Shown here one piece after another: positions 22,192 to 32,919 of a stretch of DNA of 64,000 nucleotides. The notes beneath the pieces were generated by a model that saw nothing but the letters and a program-made list of their open reading frames with translations, was not told where the DNA came from and searched no databases. Both the position numbers and the translations under genes were made by a program. How positions within the stretch are numbered: position 1 is the first letter of the stretch; the number at the start of each line of letters is the position of its first letter. The stretch covers positions 26,809-90,808 of the forward strand of contig JBCKNF010000003.1 in NCBI GenBank assembly GCA_038902815.1, given 5' to 3'. This DNA is from Polaromonas sp. GTDB taxonomy: Bacteria; Pseudomonadota; Gammaproteobacteria; Burkholderiales; Burkholderiaceae_C.

Positions 22192-23148
22192 TCAAGGCTT
22201 CAAGACTGCCACAGCAGCCGAAAAACTGAAAAACGCCAGCACCGTCGACACGAGGATGATGCGCGCGATGCGGCCGTTGTTGGCACCAAACCTTTCGGCC
22301 AGCAGCGACACATTGCTGGCGCTCGGCAAGGCCGCCACCAGCACAATCACCGTCAGGGCAAAGGGCTGCAGCGGCACACCGAGCTGAATGGCGCTCAGGC
22401 CCACCAGCGCGACCAGCAGCGGATGCAGCACCAGCTTGATCAGCGCGACCGGCACATAGTCCTTCAGGGGGATGGTTTCCACGCTGTTCATCTGGGAGCG
22501 CGCCAGCACCGCCCCGATGGTGAACAGCGCCACGGGCGAGGCGGCATCGGCCAGCAGCCCCAACGTCTGCATGACAGGCGCGGGTAGTGTCAGGTCCATG
22601 CCGGACGACAAGGCGCCCAGCACGATGGCCCAGGGCATGGGGTTCAGCGCCACGCCCTTGAGGGCTTTTGTTGCCGCCACTTCCGCGCCATGGACATCGG
22701 CCGAGTCCAGTCGCGACAGGGCAATGCACAGCGAGCTCGTCACCAGCAGGTCCACCACGATGGTGACAATGGCCGGGCCGGCCGCCTGGGCACCCAGCAC
22801 GGCCACCAGCAGCGGCACGCCCATGTAACCGGTGTTCGGAAAAGCCGCGACCAACGCGCCGAAGGACGCGTCGTTCCAGCCGATGCGCCGGTTGCGCGTC
22901 ACGGCAATCGTGAACGCCACCATGATCAGCGCACACAGCAGATACACCGCCGCCAGGTTGCCGTCGAGCAGCTCGGCCACCGGCGTACTCGCACCAAAGC
23001 GGTACAACATGCACGGCAGCGCGAAGTACAGCACAAAGGTATTGAGCCCCGGAATCGCAGCCTGCGGCAAAAACCCACGGCGCGCGGCGATGTAGCCGCA
23101 CAGCACCAGCGCAAAAAACGGGAAGGTGACGAGGAGGATGCTTAACAC
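22192..23148 (-). CDS. AEC (auxin efflux carrier) family transporter
   Basis: FVLYFALP, FPNTGYMGVPL, LPSASN; GTG start assumed. Confidence 0.88.
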   Translation of the reverse strand: MLSILLVTFPFFALVLCGYIAARRGFLPQAAIPGLNTFVLYFALPCMLYRFGASTPVAELLDGNLAAVYLLCALIMVAFTIAVTRNRRIGWNDASFGALVAAFPNTGYMGVPLLVAVLGAQAAGPAIVTIVVDLLVTSSLCIALSRLDSADVHGAEVAATKALKGVALNPMPWAIVLGALSSGMDLTLPAPVMQTLGLLADAASPVALFTIGAVLARSQMNSVETIPLKDYVPVALIKLVLHPLLVALVGLSAIQLGVPLQPFALTVIVLVAALPSASNVSLLAERFGANNGRIARIILVSTVLAFFSFSAAVAVLKP

Positions 23149-23217
23149 AGAGCATATTGTCGCCCGCAATACTGACGTATGCGCGACTCGCTATGATGCC
23201 CGCTGCTTCAGACTTTT

Positions 23218-23382
23218 GCCGGCATACCCAGCCGCTTTATCGCCGAGATGGCATTGGAAAAAACCACCATCAAGGAAGACCCGCGCGAAAAACTAAAAGC
23301 CCTGCGCGCAGAGTTTGCAAAGCGGGCTGCGGATAGTCTGGAGGCGCAAGCCCTAGCAGAGTTGCAACGCACGCCGCTCTGA
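23218..23382 (+). pseudogene. 3' remnant of Rep/UvrD helicase
   Basis: Reads PSRFIAEMALEKTTIKEDPREKLKALRAEF...*, with SF1 helicase end motif PSRF and no upstream gene body. Confidence 0.6.
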
Positions 23383-23522
23383 CAAGGCATCAACCAGAAA
23401 AACCGACCGCACCCCGCCTCGCGGCGACGCACTTGCCCTTTAGCTAACCTTCGGCTCTACATGCCCGGTACCGGGACTTTCACCCGGCGGGATTCGTGCT
23501 ATGCACGGTATACACGTTTGCG

Positions 23523-24038
23523 CTAATCGAGCGACGACGATGAGCAGGCCGCAGACGGGACATGGAACTGCTGCACCACGCCTTGCCACCAGCCTTGCGT
23601 AACCTGAACCTCCACGAAGGCTCCCTCGGTTGTTGTGGCGATGACCCGACGCCAGAACGTCTGCGCTGCGAGATTGGCTGGCATTTGACCTACTTCCCAA
23701 GGGCCTGGGTGACTGTGGAAAACATACAGCGCCAATGCGCGGCCGACACCTGAGCGGCGGTGCCTCTTGAGGATGAAGAATTGATCCATCCATGAGCCTT
23801 CATTCCGCGTGACGCTGGCAGGAGCTACGAGAGCGAAGCCCACGTACTGCGAACCCTCAAGTGCGACATACGCATGAAACCGCACAGCTTGTCTGTGGCG
23901 CTCGAGGTTGTATCCAAACTTGCCTTCAGCATCCGTGTCTTGGCTCCAAATGTCGGACAGTTCGTACTGGTACAACTCCAGCATCTGCTGTAGCGCCGGG
24001 AAATCTTCGGGTCGGGCTTTGCGGAGTTGGAGCGGCAT
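23523..24038 (-). CDS. GNAT family N-acetyltransferase (cassette-like)
   Basis: FFILKRHRRSGVG acetyl-CoA motif, NLAAQTFW. Confidence 0.85.
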   Translation of the reverse strand: MPLQLRKARPEDFPALQQMLELYQYELSDIWSQDTDAEGKFGYNLERHRQAVRFHAYVALEGSQYVGFALVAPASVTRNEGSWMDQFFILKRHRRSGVGRALALYVFHSHPGPWEVGQMPANLAAQTFWRRVIATTTEGAFVEVQVTQGWWQGVVQQFHVPSAACSSSSLD

Positions 24039-24060
24039 GCTGTGGGATTTCTGCGGCCTA

Positions 24061-24260
24061 ATCGGGATAGGAAAAAGCCTCGCGGCCCCTCCCTCCCACA
24101 CCACCGGACATACGGGTCACGTATCCGGCGGTTCCTGGAAACTTCGCTGATCTCATGCTGCCCTAGGGACCCACTGTTTCCATGCGCAGCATCGTAACGC
24201 CGTCGCACCCATTTGTCGATTGAGTAATTCTCCTGGGGGCAACCAATGTAGCCATGTGCT
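24061..24260 (-). mobile_element. Decayed group II intron 3' end (domains V-VI plus maturase fragment)
   Basis: Minus strand GAACCGCCGGATACG...GTATGTCCGGTGGTGT (DV), DVI ending CCCGAT; upstream frameshifted IDKWVRRR/LRCCAWKQW. Confidence 0.8.
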
Positions 24261-24275
24261 GGGATACTCAGAGGT

Positions 24276-24830
24276 ATGAAAACCCCGCTTCAAACCCACA
24301 TCGGCCAGCGTTTTGTGAAGCATTGGCGCAGCCAGTGGAAAAGCCACCTCGGCACGCTGGCGCTGGTGGTGGCGGTCATGGTGGCGGTGCAGCTCTGGCA
24401 CACGCGCAACGTGCCGGATGGACCCGCGCCCGACTTCACAACCACGCTTGCAAACGGCGGGGCCGTGACCCTGCAGCAGTGGCGCGCCGCTCACCCCGGC
24501 CAGGCCGTCGCCCTGCACTTCTGGGCCGACTGGTGCCCGATCTGCCGCACTGAAGAACACAGCGTGAGCCGCATCAGCCGCGACTGGCCGGTGCTCAGCG
24601 TGGCGATGCAGTCGGGTGACGCGGCGCGCGTGCAGGGTGTGATGAACCAGCGCGAGCTGGCCTGGCACACGGCCATTGACACCGATGGCCGTATTGCCAA
24701 AAGTTATGGCCTGACCTCGGTACCCGCGCTGGTGGTGCTGGACGCGCAGGGGCAGATCCGCTTTGCCGAGGTCGGCTACACCAGTGAAATCGGCATGCGC
24801 CTGCGCTTGTGGTGGGCGCAGACGTTCTGA
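24276..24830 (+). CDS. Membrane-anchored thioredoxin-like protein disulfide oxidoreductase
   Basis: N-terminal TM segment, FWADWCPIC. Confidence 0.85.
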   Translation: MKTPLQTHIGQRFVKHWRSQWKSHLGTLALVVAVMVAVQLWHTRNVPDGPAPDFTTTLANGGAVTLQQWRAAHPGQAVALHFWADWCPICRTEEHSVSRISRDWPVLSVAMQSGDAARVQGVMNQRELAWHTAIDTDGRIAKSYGLTSVPALVVLDAQGQIRFAEVGYTSEIGMRLRLWWAQTF

Positions 24831-24866
24831 TTTCTTTTTTAGTCATTCGAGCCTGCCCTCTTTGAT

Positions 24867-25904
24867 TTAGACGTAGCGCTTGGCCATCGCCTCCAGCGAC
24901 ACCGGCTTGATTTTTGACGCCTGTCCGGCACAGCCAAAGGCCTCAAAACGCGCCTTGACAATGCCACGCGCCGCGTTCTTGGCCGCGGTCAGCGCCTTGC
25001 GCGGATCGAACTCGCTGGGTTGCTGGGCAAAGGCCTGGCGCATGGCACCGGTCATGGCCAGACGGATGTCGGTGTCGATGTTGATCTTGCGCACACCGCT
25101 CTTGATGCCGCGCTGGATTTCTTCCACCGGCACGCCATAGGTTTCCTTGATGTCGCCGCCAAACTGGCGAATGATGTCCAGCCATTCCGGCGGCACGCTG
25201 GAAGAGCCGTGCATCACCAGATGGGTGTTGGGAATTTGGGCGTGAATGGCGACGATACGGTCCATATCCAGAATATCGCCAGTGGGCTTCCTGCTGAATT
25301 TGTAGGCGCCGTGGCTGGTACCGATGGCAATGGCCAATGCGTCGACGCCAGTTTTTTCGACAAAGTCTTTGGCCTGCACCGGGTCAGTCAGCATCATGTC
25401 ATGCGTGAGTTTGCCTTCCGCGCCGCTGCCGTCTTCTTCGCCGGCTTCGCCGGTTTCGAGCGAACCCAGGCAACCCAGCTCGCCTTCGACCGACACGCCG
25501 ATGGGGTGCGCCATCTCGCACACGTGGCGCGTGATGTCGACGTTGTACTCGTAGCTGGCGGGCGTCTTGCCGTCGCTCTTGAGCGAGCCGTCCATCATGA
25601 GGCTGGTGAAGCCCGAGCGAATCGATGCCTGGCACACCGCGGCCGAGACACCGTGATCCTGGTGCAGCACCACCGGAATGTCAGGGTGCGACTCGACTGC
25701 GGCGAGCATCATGTGGCGCAGGTAGGCTTCACCGGCGTATTTGCGGGCGCCGGCCGAGGCCTGCAGAATGACCGGGCTGTTGGTCTCCTGCGCCGCTTCC
25801 ATGATGGCGATGATTTGCTCGAGGTTGTTGACGTTGAACGCGGGCACGCCGTAGCTGTTTTCGGCAGCGTGGTCCAGCACTTGGCGAAGGGAAACAAAAG
25901 CCAT
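24867..25904 (-). CDS. cbbA: Class II fructose-bisphosphate aldolase (Calvin cycle)
   Basis: [20 protein letters not shown]. Confidence 0.95.
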   Translation of the reverse strand: MAFVSLRQVLDHAAENSYGVPAFNVNNLEQIIAIMEAAQETNSPVILQASAGARKYAGEAYLRHMMLAAVESHPDIPVVLHQDHGVSAAVCQASIRSGFTSLMMDGSLKSDGKTPASYEYNVDITRHVCEMAHPIGVSVEGELGCLGSLETGEAGEEDGSGAEGKLTHDMMLTDPVQAKDFVEKTGVDALAIAIGTSHGAYKFSRKPTGDILDMDRIVAIHAQIPNTHLVMHGSSSVPPEWLDIIRQFGGDIKETYGVPVEEIQRGIKSGVRKINIDTDIRLAMTGAMRQAFAQQPSEFDPRKALTAAKNAARGIVKARFEAFGCAGQASKIKPVSLEAMAKRYV

Positions 25905-25938
25905 GAGAATCTCCTGATAGTTTGAATGAAAATAATGG

Positions 25939-26003
25939 CGTCATTGCGAGCGCAGCGTGACAATCCAGGGATCATGGATCGCCACGCGTCGCTCGCGATG
26001 ACG
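25939..26003. repeat. GTCATTGCGAG-type REP palindrome
   Basis: CGTCATTGCGAGCG...CGCTCGCGATGACG with inner ATCCA/TGGAT. Confidence 0.7.
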
Positions 26004-26028
26004 AAGTTGACGACGTCGATTGCGAAAA

Positions 26029-27222
26029 TTATTCAGCAGCCCTCTTTTGCAAAATCTCGAACGCGGGCAGGGTCTTGCCCTCCAGCACTTCCAGGAAGGC
26101 CCCGCCGCCGGTGGAAATATAGCCCACTTGCTTTTCGATGCCGTACTTGGCAATGGCCGCCAGCGTATCGCCACCCCCGGCAATGCTGAAGGCGTTTGAT
26201 TCGGCGATGGCTTGGGCGATTGCTTTCGTGCCGTTCTCGAACGCAGCAAACTCGAATACGCCGACCGGACCATTCCACACTATGGTGCCCGCCTGCTTGA
26301 GCTGCTCTGCCAGTTTCCTGGCGGTCTCGGGCCCGATGTCCAGAATCAGATCGTCGTCCTGCACTTCGCTGGCTTGCTTGACCTCAGCTTTTGCACCAGC
26401 GCTAAAGGTTTTGGCGGTGACCACATCAGTGGGAATAGGCACTTCGGCGCCGCGCGCCTTCATGGCCTCGATGACGGCTTTGGCTTCACCCACCAAGCCA
26501 GGCTCGGCCAGGCTTTTGCCGATGTTCAGGCCGACGGCCAACATGAAGGTGTTGGCAATGCCGCCGCCTACGATGAGCTGATCCACATTTTTGGCCAGCG
26601 CTTGCAAAATGGTGAGTTTGCTCGATACCTTGGAGCCCGCCACGATCGCCACCAAGGGGCGCTTCGGATGGGCCAGGGCTTTGGTGATGGCATCGATCTC
26701 GGCCGCCAGCAGCGGCCCGGCACACGCAATGGGGGCGTACTGGGCAATACCGTAGGTGGTGCCTTCGGCGCGATGTGCGGTGCCAAAGGCGTCATGCACA
26801 AAAATGTCGCACAGGGAGCCAAGTTTTTTCGCCAGCACCGGGTCGTTCTTTTTCTCGCCGACGTTGACGCGGCAATTTTCCAGCATGACGATCTGACCCG
26901 GCGCAACAGTCACACCGTCCACCCAGTTAGTCAGCAGCGGCACGTCACGGTCCAGCAGTTCACCCAGGCGTTTGGCCACGGGGGCCAGCGAATCCTCGGG
27001 TTTGAACGCACCTTCGGTCGGGCGGCCCAGGTGGCTGGTCACCATCACCGCCGCACCGGCGTCCAATGCCATCTGGATGCAAGGCACGCTGGCGCGGATG
27101 CGGGTGTCTTCCGTGATGCGGCCACTGGCGTCTTGCGGCACGTTGAGGTCGGCACGGATGAAGACGCGCAGTCCTTGCACGCGGCCCTGCGCGCACAGGT
27201 CTTGGAAGCGGAGGAATTTCAT
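26029..27222 (-). CDS. pgk: Phosphoglycerate kinase
   Basis: RADLNVP, SHLGRP, STGGGA. Confidence 0.97.
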   Translation of the reverse strand: MKFLRFQDLCAQGRVQGLRVFIRADLNVPQDASGRITEDTRIRASVPCIQMALDAGAAVMVTSHLGRPTEGAFKPEDSLAPVAKRLGELLDRDVPLLTNWVDGVTVAPGQIVMLENCRVNVGEKKNDPVLAKKLGSLCDIFVHDAFGTAHRAEGTTYGIAQYAPIACAGPLLAAEIDAITKALAHPKRPLVAIVAGSKVSSKLTILQALAKNVDQLIVGGGIANTFMLAVGLNIGKSLAEPGLVGEAKAVIEAMKARGAEVPIPTDVVTAKTFSAGAKAEVKQASEVQDDDLILDIGPETARKLAEQLKQAGTIVWNGPVGVFEFAAFENGTKAIAQAIAESNAFSIAGGGDTLAAIAKYGIEKQVGYISTGGGAFLEVLEGKTLPAFEILQKRAAE

Positions 27223-27249
27223 GGCTAGATCCGAATGTCTCTGAATAAA

Positions 27250-27936
27250 TTAGTGGCCAAGCAGAACCGAAAAATCCTGAATCACCCGATCCGGGTTGCA
27301 GGCCTCAATCGGCTGGCCCATGTTGTAACCATACGGCAGCGCCCAGACCGTCACACCCGCGTTGCGCGCCGTGGCCACATCAATCGACGAGTCACCGACA
27401 AACAGTGCGCGCTGGCGCGGTACGCCAAACGCTGCCAGACAGCTGTGGATGCCCGCCGGATCGGGCTTTTTGGTAGGCAGGGCGTCACCACTGACCACCC
27501 GATCAAAGAGTGGCATCAACTGGTGGGCATCCAGCACCGTGGTGGTGTAGCGGCCCTCTTTGTTGGTGACCACCGCCAGCTTCACCCCGCGCTCGCGCAG
27601 GGCGGTCAGGGTCTCGCGCACCTGGGGGTAAAGGTGGCTGCGGGTGCCACAGCGGTTTTGGTAGTGCTTGTCGAACTCGGCGGCAATCAACGCCAGGCTG
27701 TCGCTGGCCCGCACCGCGGCTACCTCGGTCCGGCCTGCATGGACCAGCGCCTGGATCAGCAGCTCACGGGTGCCGTGGCCGATCCAGTCGTTTACCTGCT
27801 GCTGCGTGACCTCGGCCATCTCAAAGTGGCGCAGCGTGTCGTTGACGGCGTCGCAGATCTCCGGGGCGGTTTCGATCAAGGTGCCGTCCAGGTCGAACAG
27901 GATCAGGTCGAAAGGTTTGTTCATGGGCTGGTTCAT
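27250..27936 (-). CDS. cbbZ: Phosphoglycolate phosphatase
   Basis: FDLDGTL, VTNK, KKPDP, VGDS, PYGYN; inside the cbb operon. Confidence 0.88.
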   Translation of the reverse strand: MNQPMNKPFDLILFDLDGTLIETAPEICDAVNDTLRHFEMAEVTQQQVNDWIGHGTRELLIQALVHAGRTEVAAVRASDSLALIAAEFDKHYQNRCGTRSHLYPQVRETLTALRERGVKLAVVTNKEGRYTTTVLDAHQLMPLFDRVVSGDALPTKKPDPAGIHSCLAAFGVPRQRALFVGDSSIDVATARNAGVTVWALPYGYNMGQPIEACNPDRVIQDFSVLLGH

Positions 27937-27938
27937 GC

Positions 27939-30008
27939 TCAGTTGATGGACAGAATGATCTGGTCGGGCAAACGGACTTCACGCTGATGCGCGGCGCGGT
28001 GTACCAGCGTGCGCACCGCGTCCACCACGCGCTCCGCCGTGATGCCGAAGTGGGCGTACAAGTCCTTGGCCGGAGCCGATTCACCAAAGGTGGTCATCCC
28101 CACCACCACGCCAGTGCGACCCACATATTTGCGCCAGAAGTCCGGGTGCGCCGCCTCGATGGCCACCGTGGGCAGGGCCAACGGCAATACCAACGCTTGG
28201 TAAGCTGCGGTCTGGCGGTCAAATACGTTGGTGCAGGGCATGGACACCACGCGGGTGGCAATACCGTCGGCCGCCAGGGTGGCCTGCGCCTTCATGGCCA
28301 ATTCCAATTCCGAACCGGTAGAGACAATCACTGCTTGGGCGCCTTGCATGTCGGACAGCACATAGCCGCCGCGCCGGATGCTTTGCGCCATGGCGACATC
28401 GCTCAGGCGTGGCAGGTTCTGGCGCGACAGGCACAGCGCGCTGGGGCCGTCGCGGCGCTCGATCGCACAGGCCCATGCGACCGCGGTTTCCAGTCCGTCG
28501 GCGGGACGCCACACATCCAATCCGGGAATGATGCGCAGGGACGGGACGTGCTCGACGCTCTGGTGGGTCGGGCCGTCTTCACCCAGGCCAATGCTGTCGT
28601 GGGTGAACACGTGGATCACGCGCAGCTTCATCAGCGCCGCCATGCGGATGGCATTGCGGCTGTAGTCGCTGAACGTGAGAAAGGTGCCACCATAAGGGAT
28701 GTAGCCGCCATGCAGCGCCATGCCGTTCATCATCGCCGCCATGCCGAACTCGCGCACGCCGTAGTGGATGTAGTTGCCCCACTGGTCGCGCCCGGCTTTG
28801 ACGCAGCCCTTGAAGTTGGTCAGGTTGGAACCGGTCAAATCAGCGCTGCCGCCAAAGAATTCGGGTACCAGCGGGGCCAGTACGTCCAGCGCGTTCTGGC
28901 TCGCCTTGCGCGTGGCCACGGCGTCCGGCTTGGCGGCAATGGTGGTCAACAGCTCGGGCAACTTGTCAGCAAAGGCGGGCAGCAGATCGGCCGCCATGCG
29001 GCGCTCAAACTCGGCGGCTTGGGCCGGGTACAGCGTGCGGTAGGCCTCAAAGCGCAGGCACCAGGCTTTCTCAAAGCTCTGTCCGCGCTCGATGGCGTTC
29101 CAGGCCGCGGCAATATCGGCAGGAATCTCGAACGGCGCAGCGCTCCAGCCCAGCGCCTCGCGAGTGGCCACGACCTCGGCCGTGCCCAGGGCGGCGCCGT
29201 GCACGTCGTGCGTGCCGGCCTTGTTGGGCGAGCCAAATCCGATCACGGTCTGGCAGCAGATCAGCGTCGGCTTGCCGTCGGGCCGGCCAGCCTGCGCTTG
29301 GGCGGCGCACACAGCAGCATCGATGGCCGCCGGGTTGTGCCCGTCCACGGCAGGAATCACATGCCAGCCATAGGCCTCGAAGCGCTTCGGTGTGTCGTCG
29401 GTGAACCAGCCTTCGACATGACCATCAATCGAGATGCCGTTGTCGTCGTAAAACGCCACCAACTTCGAGAGGCGCAGCGTACCCGCCAGTGAGCAGACCT
29501 CGTGGCTGATGCCCTCCATCAGGCAGCCGTCGCCCATGAAGACATAGGTGAAGTGGTCGACGATCTGGTGCCCGGGGCGGTTGAACTCGTCGGCCAGCAG
29601 CTTCTCGGCCAGTGCCATGCCGACCGCATTGGCCAGGCCTTGGCCCAGCGGGCCGGTGGTGGTTTCCACACCCGGGGTGACGCCGACTTCCGGGTGGCCG
29701 GCGGTCTTGCTGTGCAACTGGCGGAAGCGCTGAAGCTCCACCATCGGCAGGTCGTAGCCGGTGAGGTGCAGCAAGGCATAGATCAGCATCGAGCCGTGGC
29801 CATTGCTCAGCACAAAGCGGTCGCGATCCGGCCATTGCGGATTGGCCGGGTTGTGCTGCAGATGGCGGTTCCACAGCACCTCGGCAATGTCGGCCATTCC
29901 CATCGGCGCGCCGGGGTGGCCGGACTTGGCTTTTTCCACCGCGTCGACGGCGAGCATGCGGATGGCGTTGGCCATCTGGCGGGCCAGGGCGGGCGTGGGC
30001 GCGTTCAT
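27939..30008 (-). CDS. cbbT: Transketolase
   Basis: [21 protein letters not shown]. Confidence 0.97.
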   Translation of the reverse strand: MNAPTPALARQMANAIRMLAVDAVEKAKSGHPGAPMGMADIAEVLWNRHLQHNPANPQWPDRDRFVLSNGHGSMLIYALLHLTGYDLPMVELQRFRQLHSKTAGHPEVGVTPGVETTTGPLGQGLANAVGMALAEKLLADEFNRPGHQIVDHFTYVFMGDGCLMEGISHEVCSLAGTLRLSKLVAFYDDNGISIDGHVEGWFTDDTPKRFEAYGWHVIPAVDGHNPAAIDAAVCAAQAQAGRPDGKPTLICCQTVIGFGSPNKAGTHDVHGAALGTAEVVATREALGWSAAPFEIPADIAAAWNAIERGQSFEKAWCLRFEAYRTLYPAQAAEFERRMAADLLPAFADKLPELLTTIAAKPDAVATRKASQNALDVLAPLVPEFFGGSADLTGSNLTNFKGCVKAGRDQWGNYIHYGVREFGMAAMMNGMALHGGYIPYGGTFLTFSDYSRNAIRMAALMKLRVIHVFTHDSIGLGEDGPTHQSVEHVPSLRIIPGLDVWRPADGLETAVAWACAIERRDGPSALCLSRQNLPRLSDVAMAQSIRRGGYVLSDMQGAQAVIVSTGSELELAMKAQATLAADGIATRVVSMPCTNVFDRQTAAYQALVLPLALPTVAIEAAHPDFWRKYVGRTGVVVGMTTFGESAPAKDLYAHFGITAERVVDAVRTLVHRAAHQREVRLPDQIILSIN

Positions 30009-30009
30009 G

Positions 30010-30885
30010 TCAGGCGGCCCTTTTTTTGCGATCCATCATGCGCCAGATGAAGGGCGTGAAGATCAGTTGCATGGCTAGCTCCATCTTGCCGCCGGGCACG
30101 ACGATGGTGTTGGAGCGGGACATGAACGAGTCATTGATCATGCTGCGCAGGTACTGGAAGTCGATGCCCTTGGGGTTGGCAAAGCGGATCACCACCATGC
30201 TCTCGTCCGGCGACGGAATCTCGCGGGCGATAAAGGGGTTGGAGGTATCCACCATCGGCACGCGCTGGAAGTTCACATGCGTGTGCATGAACTGCGGACA
30301 GATGTAGTTCACATAGTCGGGCATGCGACGCAAAATGGTGTCGGTCACCGCTTCGGTACTGTAGCCGCGCTTGGACTTGTCGCGGTAGAGTTTCTGGATC
30401 CACTCCAGGTTGATGACCGGCACCACGCCAATCAGCAAGTCCGGGTGCTGGGCAATATTGACCTCAGGCGTGACCACGGCACCGTGCAGGCCTTCGTAGA
30501 ACAGCAAGTCGGTGTTGGCGGGCACGTCTTCCCACGGCGTGAAAGTGCCGGGCTGCTGCTTGTAGGGCGCGGCCTCTTCGGTGTCGTGCAGGTACTTGCG
30601 GCGTTTGCCGGTGCCGGTGGCGGCGTAGTCATGAAACAGTTGCGCCAACTCGGGAAACAGGTTGTTTTCCGGCCCAAAGTGGCTGAAGTTGTTGTTGCCA
30701 GCGGCCTCGGCCTCGGCGGCCTTGGCCTTCATGTCCTTGCGGTCGAAGCGGTGAAAGCTGTCGCCTTCAATCACGGCGGCATTGATGTTCTCGCGGCGGA
30801 AGATGTTCTCGAACGTGCGTGTGACCGAGGTGGTGCCCGCACCGCTGGAGCCGGTGATGGCAATGATGGGGTGGCGTTCCGACAT
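30010..30885 (-). CDS. cbbP: Phosphoribulokinase (proteobacterial class)
   Basis: [22 protein letters not shown]. Confidence 0.97.
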   Translation of the reverse strand: MSERHPIIAITGSSGAGTTSVTRTFENIFRRENINAAVIEGDSFHRFDRKDMKAKAAEAEAAGNNNFSHFGPENNLFPELAQLFHDYAATGTGKRRKYLHDTEEAAPYKQQPGTFTPWEDVPANTDLLFYEGLHGAVVTPEVNIAQHPDLLIGVVPVINLEWIQKLYRDKSKRGYSTEAVTDTILRRMPDYVNYICPQFMHTHVNFQRVPMVDTSNPFIAREIPSPDESMVVIRFANPKGIDFQYLRSMINDSFMSRSNTIVVPGGKMELAMQLIFTPFIWRMMDRKKRAA

Positions 30886-30965
30886 GGTGGGTCTCCTAAG
30901 TTGTGATCAGTTGGGGATAGAGCAAAGTTCACTGCGTGTAACTCTTGGTCTGTCCCACAAGCATA

Positions 30966-32060
30966 TTAGTTTCTAAACAGGCTGCGCTCGGCAAACAGCG
31001 GGTTGTCCAGCTCGACTTTGGCGGGCTCGGCGTGGTAACGCTCGATGCGCTCGACCTCGTTTTTGGAGCCGAACACCAGGCCAATGCGCTGGTGCAGCGA
31101 CGTGGGCTGAACGTCCAGCACGGGTTCGCGGCCAGTGGAAGCGCGACCACCGGCCTGCTCCATGATCCAGCCAATCGGATTGGCCTCGTACAGCAGGCAC
31201 AGGCGACCGGGCTTGGACGGGTCTTTGCAATCGCGCGGGTACAGGAAGACACCGCCGCGCATCAGAATGCGATGCGCTTCGGCCACCATGGAGGCAATCC
31301 AGCGCATGTTGAAGTCCTTGCCGCGCGGCCCAGTCTTACCCGCCAGGCACTCGTCCACATAGCGCTTGATGGGCGACTCCCAAAACCGGGCATTGGAGGC
31401 GTTGATGGCGAACTCCTGCGTATCTTGCGGAATCTGCATCATCGGGTGCGTCAGCATGAACTCGCCCAGATTCGGGTCGAGCGTGAAGCCGTTGACACCA
31501 TTGCCCACCGTCAGTACCATCATGGTGCTGGGGCCATACAAGGCGTAGCCGGCTGCGAGCTGCTTGGCACCTGGCTGAAAGAAGTCCGCATCCACCACAT
31601 CACGACCACTGTCAATCACCTCCTGCGGTGCGCGCAGGATCGAGAAGATGCTGCCCACCGACACGTTCACGTCGATATTGCTGGAGCCGTCCAGCGGGTC
31701 AAACACGATCAGGTATTTGCCGCGCGGGTACTGGCCCGGAATCTGATACGGCAGGTCCATTTCTTCTGACGCCATGCCTGCCAAGTGACCCGACCACTCG
31801 CTGCGCTGCATAAAAACATCATTGCTCAGCACATTAAGTTTTTTCTGGGTTTCGCCTTGAACGTTGACCGAGCCACCTGCCTCGGCAGCGTGGTTTCCCA
31901 TGGTGCCTCCCAACTCGCCAAAGGCAACTGCGCGGGCAATGGCTTTGCAGGCGATGGCCACGTCCAGGATCAGGGCGTTGAAGTCGCCCCCGGCAGTCGG
32001 GAAACGGCGGCGCTCTTCGATCAGGAATTGCGTCAAGGTGGAGCGTTGGGTCAATAGCAT
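30966..32060 (-). CDS. cbbF: Class I fructose-1,6/sedoheptulose-1,7-bisphosphatase
   Basis: [17 protein letters not shown]; two conserved-site substitutions (see findings). Confidence 0.93.
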   Translation of the reverse strand: MLLTQRSTLTQFLIEERRRFPTAGGDFNALILDVAIACKAIARAVAFGELGGTMGNHAAEAGGSVNVQGETQKKLNVLSNDVFMQRSEWSGHLAGMASEEMDLPYQIPGQYPRGKYLIVFDPLDGSSNIDVNVSVGSIFSILRAPQEVIDSGRDVVDADFFQPGAKQLAAGYALYGPSTMMVLTVGNGVNGFTLDPNLGEFMLTHPMMQIPQDTQEFAINASNARFWESPIKRYVDECLAGKTGPRGKDFNMRWIASMVAEAHRILMRGGVFLYPRDCKDPSKPGRLCLLYEANPIGWIMEQAGGRASTGREPVLDVQPTSLHQRIGLVFGSKNEVERIERYHAEPAKVELDNPLFAERSLFRN

Positions 32061-32096
32061 GGGGGATTCTTCTGTAAGTTCAAAATTCGGTAAGGC

Positions 32097-32807
32097 TCAG
32101 TGCCCGGCATGCCAGGCGCGCAAATCGGCCACCGTGGTGCCCAGCAGATCGGGCAGGATGCGCAGCGCAGCGGTGAAATCGTGGTGGGCCGTGAAGCTGT
32201 TGGGCGTGATCACGGTCGCCAGTCCCGCTCCGATGGCCGCCTTCAAGCCGTTGGCCGAGTCCTCAAAGGCCAGGCACTCGGTCGCCGGCAACTGCAGGCG
32301 CTGCAGGGTTTGCAGATACACCTGCGGATGGGGCTTCTTGCGCGGCGCGGTGGAGGCGTCCTCGATGACCATGAAGTACTGCATCCAGTCCGGGCCAATG
32401 ACCGAGCGCAGCAGCGCCACGATGTTGACCGGCGAGGTGGTCGTGGCAATGGCCAGCCGCAGCCCATCCTGATACGCCGACTCGATCAGCCGCAGCACGC
32501 CGGGCCGCAACTGCACGGCGCCTTCTTGCACCGCGCGCTCGTAGGCGGCGGTCTTGATCTCGTGCATGCGCGCTACCGTGTCCTGCACGCCCGCGCCGTC
32601 AATGTCCTTGAGGTCCGGCTGAACCTGGCGCCAGTAGTGCAAAATGCGCTCCTTGCCGCCAGAAACCTCGATCAGCCGGGTGTAAAGCGCCTCGTCCCAA
32701 TGCCAGCCCATACCGACCTCGACAAAGGCGTGGTTGAACGCAGCACGGTGCGCACGCTCGGTATCAGCCAAGGTACCATCGACATCAAAAATAAGGGCCT
32801 GAAGCAT
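32097..32807 (-). CDS. cbbY: CbbY HAD phosphatase (xylulose-bisphosphate phosphatase family)
   Basis: FDVDGTLADTERAHRAAFN, GGKERI, FEDS. Confidence 0.9.
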   Translation of the reverse strand: MLQALIFDVDGTLADTERAHRAAFNHAFVEVGMGWHWDEALYTRLIEVSGGKERILHYWRQVQPDLKDIDGAGVQDTVARMHEIKTAAYERAVQEGAVQLRPGVLRLIESAYQDGLRLAIATTTSPVNIVALLRSVIGPDWMQYFMVIEDASTAPRKKPHPQVYLQTLQRLQLPATECLAFEDSANGLKAAIGAGLATVITPNSFTAHHDFTAALRILPDLLGTTVADLRAWHAGH

Positions 32808-32873
32808 ACCAATCCATCTTTCAGAAATATCGCTTTGGCAACGACAAGGATGAACTATAAGCCGTGACTTGTA

Positions 32874-32919
32874 TAAGGTAAATTCACAATTTATTGATTT
32901 TGAATTAAGCTACTACTTA
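32874..32919. promoter_or_regulatory. CbbR-binding region
   Basis: Three TNA-N7/8-TNA motifs: TAAggtaaatTCA, TTAttgatttTGA, TAAgctactacTTA between divergent cbbY and cbbR. Confidence 0.75.
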
